In this document: positions 35,745 to 41,299 of the stretch, one piece after another
How positions within the stretch are numbered: the stretch's first letter is position 1
How the letters are laid out: every line of letters starts with the position of its first letter
Assembly (NCBI GenBank): GCA_034660675.1
Contig: JAYEJT010000125.1
Coordinates: 1 to 41,299 of the forward strand
DNA: 41,299 nucleotides
Reading direction: 5' to 3'
Source of the DNA: Elusimicrobiota bacterium
Lineage (GTDB): Bacteria > CG03
The notes under the pieces: generated by a model
Seen by the model: the letters and a program-made list of their open reading frames with translations, nothing else
What the model was told of the DNA's origin: nothing
Databases searched by the model: none
Translations under genes and position numbers: made by a program

Positions 35745-37826
35745 TCAAAATTTAAAAATATATTTTATCTCAAACTTCTCGGAAACATCGTTCATAACAT
35801 CCTCACTGTCATATTCATATGTGCCGTCACCGTAATCATAAGTGCCGTATTCCGGCATATAAAATTCCGGCGGATAATGGTACATTTTTCTCTCGTATTT
35901 CAAAGACACGCTTGAGCGTTTGGAAAATTTCATCTTCGGCTTCACTGATATAAGCGTGTATTTCTTCTTCCCGTCGCCGGGGTCCTTGTCATAAACAATC
36001 TTGGAAAGCACCTGAAAACTTTTTGTAAACCTGTATTTCAGCTCCGCTTTTGACGAGCTGTAAAACCATATCCACTGATTATCCTCTATCACTTTTTTCA
36101 TGTCGTACTGCCACTTTATTCTCACATCGCCGGTCGGGCTCCATTTCAGCTGCAGCCTGAGCTTGTCCATTTGTTTTGGTATCTGAAAATAATCGCTCGT
36201 GTCATACATTTTTATTTTATCATCCTCGTTCTGGATGGTGTAACGGCACATCACTTTGAATTTTTTCGTCACCGGATACTGTCCCTGAAGATAGGTCTTG
36301 TAAAAATTTTTCAGCGTTATTTCCTTGAGGGGACTGAGCTCCCGCCACATCTCCCCTGCCCATTTCAATTTCAGTTTTTTCGTCTTCGTTTTCAATTCAG
36401 AAAACAGCTTTTCCCTGGGATTATCGCCTGACACATGGTAATTGTAATAATCGGAATCAAACCGGTGAAAACCCGCAAGCAGCGTCGTATAAGAAAAGCT
36501 GTAAACACTCGCGAACTGAAAAGCCTTGCCCTCTTCTCTGGTTTTTGACTGGTCTATGTTGCTTTCGTATGCGTCATGGATCGAAAGAGCGTAATCAAGA
36601 AAAAATTTGCCGTTGCCCTGAGACGTTTTAACGCCGGCGGAAAAAATGTCGTTTCGGCCCCCTGAAAACTTGTAGCGTATGTATTTGATATCGGTTTCGT
36701 CCCAGTCCTCTATGTCCTCCTCATCCATCCAGTCATCTTCTCTTTCCACCGGCATAACCTCAGGGCCGAATTTTTCATGATAACCCAAAAAATGCACTTC
36801 ATAATTCGGCAGCGGCAGGGACACATAAAAACCGCAGGTTTTGTCTTCCATGTTGTTGATGAGATTGAATTTGTCCTGGTTGTTATAGGCGAAACTCACG
36901 CTTGAGGGCACGGATTTAGCGGTACCGTCCGGATTGAGTTTGGCTGTGAGCCATTTGTCCGAATAAAAAGCGGCCCAGGTCAGATAAGGCATTGTTCTTT
37001 GAACAGCAATCCCGTAGAAACCGGCATTTTTGTTTGAGGACCTGTAGGGTTCCACCCCTTTCTTTTCGCGGCTCACGGCTGATATCGTCTTTGCCAGCGA
37101 ACCCAGTCCGAGACCGCGTTCAAACCTGAGCTTAAAGGCCCCGAGAACAACGGTATCAAAACCCATATACCCCTTCGCGTAAAGATAATTGCTCACGAGA
37201 TAGTATCTCCGCAGATTCTCCCAGTTATAAGCCTGTCCCCAGTGATTCCTTTTCATCGCGAAAGATATCTCCATGTTGGTGCCGTAAAAAAATCTCAACC
37301 GGGAAAACTGGTACTCCGGATTATGAAAATTTTCGGGCGAATCAATCTGCTTATCGGAAAAAGGCATGGCCAGCTTCTGTTTGATTCTGAGATCGCCTCT
37401 CATCACCTCTTTTTCTTCTGCTGTATAAACTGTCAAAAACGGCCTTATTACTCTGTATATGGCGTCAGTAACCCCCGGAACGTCTTTGAGTTCTTCCACA
37501 TCCCTGAATCCTCCGCGCCTGACCCGGTAACGTACTATCTCAACCACCACCCTTGGCGGCAGCATGGGAAGTTTCATGAGATCCGGCCTGTTTGCGCTGT
37601 TAAGATCAAGAGGATTCATCCTGAAATCCTCAAGTTCCCCGGTGTCAACTTCCTCATACCCCATTTGTTCGTCTTCAACATCCTCAACTATTTCGTCATA
37701 TATATTCTCAAGATCCTTATCGGAAATGTCCGCGGAAACAGAACCGGATAAAAAGATAATAAAAAAACTAAACGCTGTTAAAGCAAGAATGCAGGAACGG
37801 CGCCCGACAGTGTGACAGTAATTCAT
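35745..37826 (-). CDS. Large exported protein: N-terminal ComEA-type HhH domain plus a predicted outer-membrane beta-barrel
   Basis: Signal peptide, PLDLNSANRPDLMKLP...IVRYRVRRGGFRDVEELKDVPGV, then about 550 aa of alternating aromatic/Lys strands ending IKYIFKF. Confidence 0.78.
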   Translation of the reverse strand: MNYCHTVGRRSCILALTAFSFFIIFLSGSVSADISDKDLENIYDEIVEDVEDEQMGYEEVDTGELEDFRMNPLDLNSANRPDLMKLPMLPPRVVVEIVRYRVRRGGFRDVEELKDVPGVTDAIYRVIRPFLTVYTAEEKEVMRGDLRIKQKLAMPFSDKQIDSPENFHNPEYQFSRLRFFYGTNMEISFAMKRNHWGQAYNWENLRRYYLVSNYLYAKGYMGFDTVVLGAFKLRFERGLGLGSLAKTISAVSREKKGVEPYRSSNKNAGFYGIAVQRTMPYLTWAAFYSDKWLTAKLNPDGTAKSVPSSVSFAYNNQDKFNLINNMEDKTCGFYVSLPLPNYEVHFLGYHEKFGPEVMPVEREDDWMDEEDIEDWDETDIKYIRYKFSGGRNDIFSAGVKTSQGNGKFFLDYALSIHDAYESNIDQSKTREEGKAFQFASVYSFSYTTLLAGFHRFDSDYYNYHVSGDNPREKLFSELKTKTKKLKLKWAGEMWRELSPLKEITLKNFYKTYLQGQYPVTKKFKVMCRYTIQNEDDKIKMYDTSDYFQIPKQMDKLRLQLKWSPTGDVRIKWQYDMKKVIEDNQWIWFYSSSKAELKYRFTKSFQVLSKIVYDKDPGDGKKKYTLISVKPKMKFSKRSSVSLKYERKMYHYPPEFYMPEYGTYDYGDGTYEYDSEDVMNDVSEKFEIKYIFKF

Positions 37827-37905
37827 TAATTCAACTTTTTCCCCGCCCGAAATTCAACCGTTCCGGCAGGCGGATTCTCTCATCCCGCATCTTGTGTCTG
37901 ATATG

Positions 37906-39321
37906 TCACCGCCTGAGTTTCTGCTTGCATCTCTCAATAATACGCAAAGACTGAGGATGGGCGGGATCTATTTTGAGTATTTTCTCAAATTCCGTTATCG
38001 CCTGCGAATATTTTTTAGCCTGATAAAGTTTCAACCCTTTAAAATACAATTTTTTCTTCAGTTTTTCTTTTTCATCCGGAGAAAGTGTCTTTTCTGCAGC
38101 GGCTTTCTCCTCCTGAACAGGCTGAACATATTCAAGGCCTTCCGGTTTTTCCGAAGGCGCTTCAACCTTGATGTAGTCTTTCATCTTGTTAAACTGTCTC
38201 TTGGTAAAACGGGGCACCTTCAGCAGATCCTCTTTCGCGGTAAAAGGCCCGTTGTTATTCCTGTAATCAACAATTCTCACAGCCGTCACTTTTCCTATTC
38301 CGGGAAGCGCGTCAAAATCAGCGATTTCAGCAATATTGATATCGGTGAGCTCAACGGGTTTTTCGCCTTTTACCGCCGGCACTGTTCTGCGTCTCCGTTT
38401 CTTTGCTTTTTTATAGTAATCCGTCGGGGCAGCGGACTCTCTCTTCTCTCCCCACCTGAGGGACGCCGAAAAAAGATGCTGGTTATCAAGCACCTCGTGG
38501 GTCCGGAAAGCGTAATCAAAATCTATGCGGTTGAACATGAGGCCGAAACCGAAAGAAGCGCTCTGCGGTTCCGGCTGCACTCCGAACCTCACGCAAAATT
38601 CAGGTATAACATTTATCTCCGCACCGAGTTTTATGATGTCTTCTTCCCTGTCAACCGGCATGTTCCAGTCAATAACCGTTATCATGCCCCTGAAAGGACG
38701 GTAACAAACGCTTCCCGTCAGATCCCTGTACAGATTTTCCGACGCGATCTGGGGCCTGTTGAGCCCTCTTGAAAAAATCCCCAGGGAAAGTTTCGTTGAC
38801 ACCACACCTAGCGCCCCCGCATCAAAAGAAACGGCAGAAGCGCTGCCGCCTCCCTCTATTTTAAGAGAGAGATTCCGGATATTGTATCCGAAATAAGCGC
38901 CGGGAACAAGCATGAGACTGTGCGTAAATACCAGTTCACTCTCCTTATAGAAAGCCGCCCCGAATGATGTGTAATTAAAGGCAAATGAACCGGCGGATCT
39001 GGTGGGAATCATAAAACCGGCGTTATCATGCTTCAAATCGGACTCACCGTAAAGAGAGGTCTGCGAAAAAGACAGAGCCGCGGCGCTTAAAAGATTGAGT
39101 CCGGCGGGATTAAAAAACGGAGCGCTGTAATCATTGGCCAGTGCCGTGTAAGCCCCGCTCATGGCCGCCGGACGCGCCGCAAGCGGCTTGTCCTCAAATG
39201 CGGCGTATGCATTGCGCGGCATTAAAAATGAAAAACTAAAGAGGCTAAATAACACAGCAGCAGCAACGCTATGTGACGCACTTCTTGCGCAAATATTAAG
39301 GACATCCCTATACTTTTTCAT
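37906..39321 (-). CDS. PorV-like beta-barrel fused to a ComEA-type HhH domain and a C-terminal TPR
   Basis: Signal peptide, ARPAAMSGAYTALAND...NPAGL, barrel ending FSASLRWG, DINIA...LPGIGKVTAVRIVDYRNNNGPF...LLKVP, and TPR YFKGLKLYQ...LKIDP. Confidence 0.82.
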   Translation of the reverse strand: MKKYRDVLNICARSASHSVAAAVLFSLFSFSFLMPRNAYAAFEDKPLAARPAAMSGAYTALANDYSAPFFNPAGLNLLSAAALSFSQTSLYGESDLKHDNAGFMIPTRSAGSFAFNYTSFGAAFYKESELVFTHSLMLVPGAYFGYNIRNLSLKIEGGGSASAVSFDAGALGVVSTKLSLGIFSRGLNRPQIASENLYRDLTGSVCYRPFRGMITVIDWNMPVDREEDIIKLGAEINVIPEFCVRFGVQPEPQSASFGFGLMFNRIDFDYAFRTHEVLDNQHLFSASLRWGEKRESAAPTDYYKKAKKRRRRTVPAVKGEKPVELTDINIAEIADFDALPGIGKVTAVRIVDYRNNNGPFTAKEDLLKVPRFTKRQFNKMKDYIKVEAPSEKPEGLEYVQPVQEEKAAAEKTLSPDEKEKLKKKLYFKGLKLYQAKKYSQAITEFEKILKIDPAHPQSLRIIERCKQKLRR

Positions 39322-40280
39322 AGTTTTCGCCCTATCGCCACCACCGTCTGTTCTTTTACCACGCCGCCGGTGTCCTGATCGGCAAGCTCCACCGAAATTA
39401 TATACATGCCGCAGGGAAGGAACTGCTGATTAACATCCCTGCCGTCCCATATGTAATCATAATGCTGTGACTGGAACTCCTCTCCTTTCACAATCGCCCT
39501 GACAAGACGGCCTTTGACATCATAAACAAGCACATTAACCCTCTGCTCCGTGACCGGCGTGGCCGGAAGATTGAAAACAATTCTGCACGAGGAAGGTTTT
39601 CCCGCCGGAGTGGAGTAGGGGAAAAACACTTTCAGCGGCACATCCGAAGACGGGCCGAAAGTTTTCAGGCCTATAGCTTTTAAATAAGTGGGGAGGGGAT
39701 CGTACGAAAACCGGACTGTGTCCACATAAACATCATTATTGTTATTCACGCTTTCTTTCACCGTCAGATAAATCACAGCACTCACAGCGTTGGCCGGAGC
39801 AGCCATGGAATCTGACGTTATCTGCTGCCAGCTGTCAAAAGAACTTAGTGTTTCTCCGGCAATCAGCCCCGTATCCTTCCCCAGGTCATTCCCGCCGGAA
39901 TCAAACCATTTGACATAAAGCTGCATATCCGTGTCATCTATGTCGCCGGCTTCTTCAGACACATAAAACCAGGCGCTCAAGGTGAAAGCGTAATCATCCG
40001 AGGGGCTGGCACTCCCGGTGGCCGTGACAAGATTTATCAGATCGCCGGTCAATATCCTTCCGCTGAAAGCGCTGGTGGGATCCTTGAACTTACAGGAAAA
40101 AGCCCCGTCATTGCTCCTGTCGCTTGAAGCACTGATGCTTGTGGAATTAGCGCTCCAGCCGTTGAGGGTGCCGTCATTGAAATTCTGCTTGGTCAGAGCT
40201 ATATCAACCGCATACGCTGAAGTCACAAGCACCGCCATCGCCACTGGCACAGCCACAAATTTAATTTTTTTATTGTTCAT
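39318..40280 (-). CDS. Exported protein: CBM-like beta-sandwich plus a FlgD-Ig/T9SS-CTD-like tail
   Basis: Signal peptide, NFNDGTLNGW...WQQI...APANAVSA...VYVDTV jelly-roll pattern, and tail VYDVKGRLVR...WDGRD....LPCGMYI. Confidence 0.72.
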   Translation of the reverse strand: MNNKKIKFVAVPVAMAVLVTSAYAVDIALTKQNFNDGTLNGWSANSTSISASSDRSNDGAFSCKFKDPTSAFSGRILTGDLINLVTATGSASPSDDYAFTLSAWFYVSEEAGDIDDTDMQLYVKWFDSGGNDLGKDTGLIAGETLSSFDSWQQITSDSMAAPANAVSAVIYLTVKESVNNNNDVYVDTVRFSYDPLPTYLKAIGLKTFGPSSDVPLKVFFPYSTPAGKPSSCRIVFNLPATPVTEQRVNVLVYDVKGRLVRAIVKGEEFQSQHYDYIWDGRDVNQQFLPCGMYIISVELADQDTGGVVKEQTVVAIGRKL

Positions 40281-41053
40281 TTTTCAATCCTTGGCGGCAG
40301 CTTTATGCCTTTCATATCAAAAAAACCGGCCACAATAGCGCCTGCGAAATAAATAACCCACAAATACGTGCCGTAACCCGTAAGCAGCGCCGCAATCCCG
40401 GCCGCCAGCATTGAGCAGGCGAATATTATCAGCGACACCTCCAGAAAATACCATTTTTTCGTCATCATGTTGTAAATTGAATCCGCCGGATAATTGTGCC
40501 TTTTGTGCCTGACTATTCCCGCCGCAAAAAAACAGAAACCCACCGGGGATATGCCCTGAACAAGCAGATGTATGAGCACAAGTTCAATTCTCGGTGAAAC
40601 GTTAACAAACCACTTCGCGTCATAAAGAGTAATAAACGAATTCTGAGCGATTATTTTAGAACCGTCCACCGCCGCTATGTTGATGAGGATAAACATCAAG
40701 CCCATAAAAGCGGCCACTATAAAAATGGCGGCCTGCACGGTCTTCGGCACCTTTTTTTCTTCCGATGTCCAGTTGAAAATTGCCACAAGCAGCGACGGCG
40801 CGAACACGGCTATCATGAGAAACTGCCTCACGCAATTAACGATGAGCGGCGCGGGATACGGCCCTATAATGTTCTGAAGGGGCCTGCTCATAAGCCACAA
40901 CCCCAGCGCGACATAGGCGTAGAAAGTGCCTTTTATGGTGAGTTCCCCGAGAATGAGCGTTCTCCCGCGATTGCTTTTTTTTATCTCATAAGCCATGGCG
41001 AAATAAACGAGCCCCGCTATCACAGGGAGCGCTATGTTCAAAACTATCAGCAT
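40277..41053 (-). CDS. Polytopic membrane protein of unknown function (about 7 TM)
   Basis: About seven hydrophobic segments. ATGA overlap with the next gene. Confidence 0.75.
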   Translation of the reverse strand: MLIVLNIALPVIAGLVYFAMAYEIKKSNRGRTLILGELTIKGTFYAYVALGLWLMSRPLQNIIGPYPAPLIVNCVRQFLMIAVFAPSLLVAIFNWTSEEKKVPKTVQAAIFIVAAFMGLMFILINIAAVDGSKIIAQNSFITLYDAKWFVNVSPRIELVLIHLLVQGISPVGFCFFAAGIVRHKRHNYPADSIYNMMTKKWYFLEVSLIIFACSMLAAGIAALLTGYGTYLWVIYFAGAIVAGFFDMKGIKLPPRIEK

Positions 41054-41091
41054 ATTATTTTTTCTTTGTCCTCTTTATCACTTAATTATTT

Positions 41092-41299
41092 TCAATACTC
41101 ATCATCCACGCCGGACTCTGAATCGTATCTGTCCGTTAGGGTCTTCTCTACAACACTCTTGAGCTTTTTGTCTTTTATCTCCACCTGATTTATCCAGGAA
41201 CCGCCGCCGGAGGGCGCGCGCGCCGGCCATGAAACCCAGCCGCCCCATTTTCCTTCCATAATTTTACACTCTATTTCAAGCTTGTTGTTAAAAGTCATA
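41092..41299 (-). CDS. C-terminal part of a SpoVG-like nucleic-acid-binding protein (5' end outside the window)
   Basis: TFNNKLEIECKIMEGKWGGWVSWPAR...WINQVEI...KSVVEKTL aligns by eye with the SpoVG pattern TFD..F.I..IKVIEG..GLFIAMPSR. Confidence 0.55.
   Translation of the reverse strand, partial: MTFNNKLEIECKIMEGKWGGWVSWPARAPSGGGSWINQVEIKDKKLKSVVEKTLTDRYDSESGVDDEY

Noticed and set aside
37894-38772. 292-aa plus-strand ORF
   Set aside because: Antisense shadow of the PorV-HhH-TPR gene. The other short antisense ORFs in the track were rejected for the same reason.

Overview
A 41.3 kb bacterial chromosomal segment from a diderm organism, gene-dense and almost entirely on the minus strand. PorV-like barrels, FlgD-Ig-tailed exported proteins and a SpoVG-like gene suggest an Elusimicrobiota-like lineage, which is inference only. 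Left part: an AbrB-type toxin-antitoxin pair cut by the window edge, then xerC, topA, dprA, a TPR/HEAT membrane protein, a Ser/Thr kinase, a metallophosphoesterase, an amidase, polA and dedA. Next is a small accessory island (orphan RND pump, brnT remnant, GNAT, brnTA). Then come uvrA, nadB, ilvN/ilvB/ilvD, a Schlafen/AlbA_2 gene, a comEA-like gene, cimA, lysC and thrB. Right part (31.4-41.3 kb): a tightly coupled envelope operon with four predicted outer-membrane beta-barrels, two of them fused to ComEA-type helix-hairpin-helix DNA-binding domains. It also holds two secreted proteins with FlgD-Ig/T9SS-CTD-like tails, a polytopic membrane protein and a SpoVG-like gene. This operon is the best candidate for an undescribed system, possibly outer-membrane DNA capture or uptake. 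Sub-gene signals include a 35-bp hairpin repeat translated at the N-termini of TopA and LysC, a 103-bp nested palindrome forming the NadB N-terminus, variable tandem repeats before the HTH domains of both AlbA_2 genes, and probable leaderless promoters. No rRNA, tRNA, CRISPR array or transposase was seen. All family calls come from motif recognition by eye, not from database searches.
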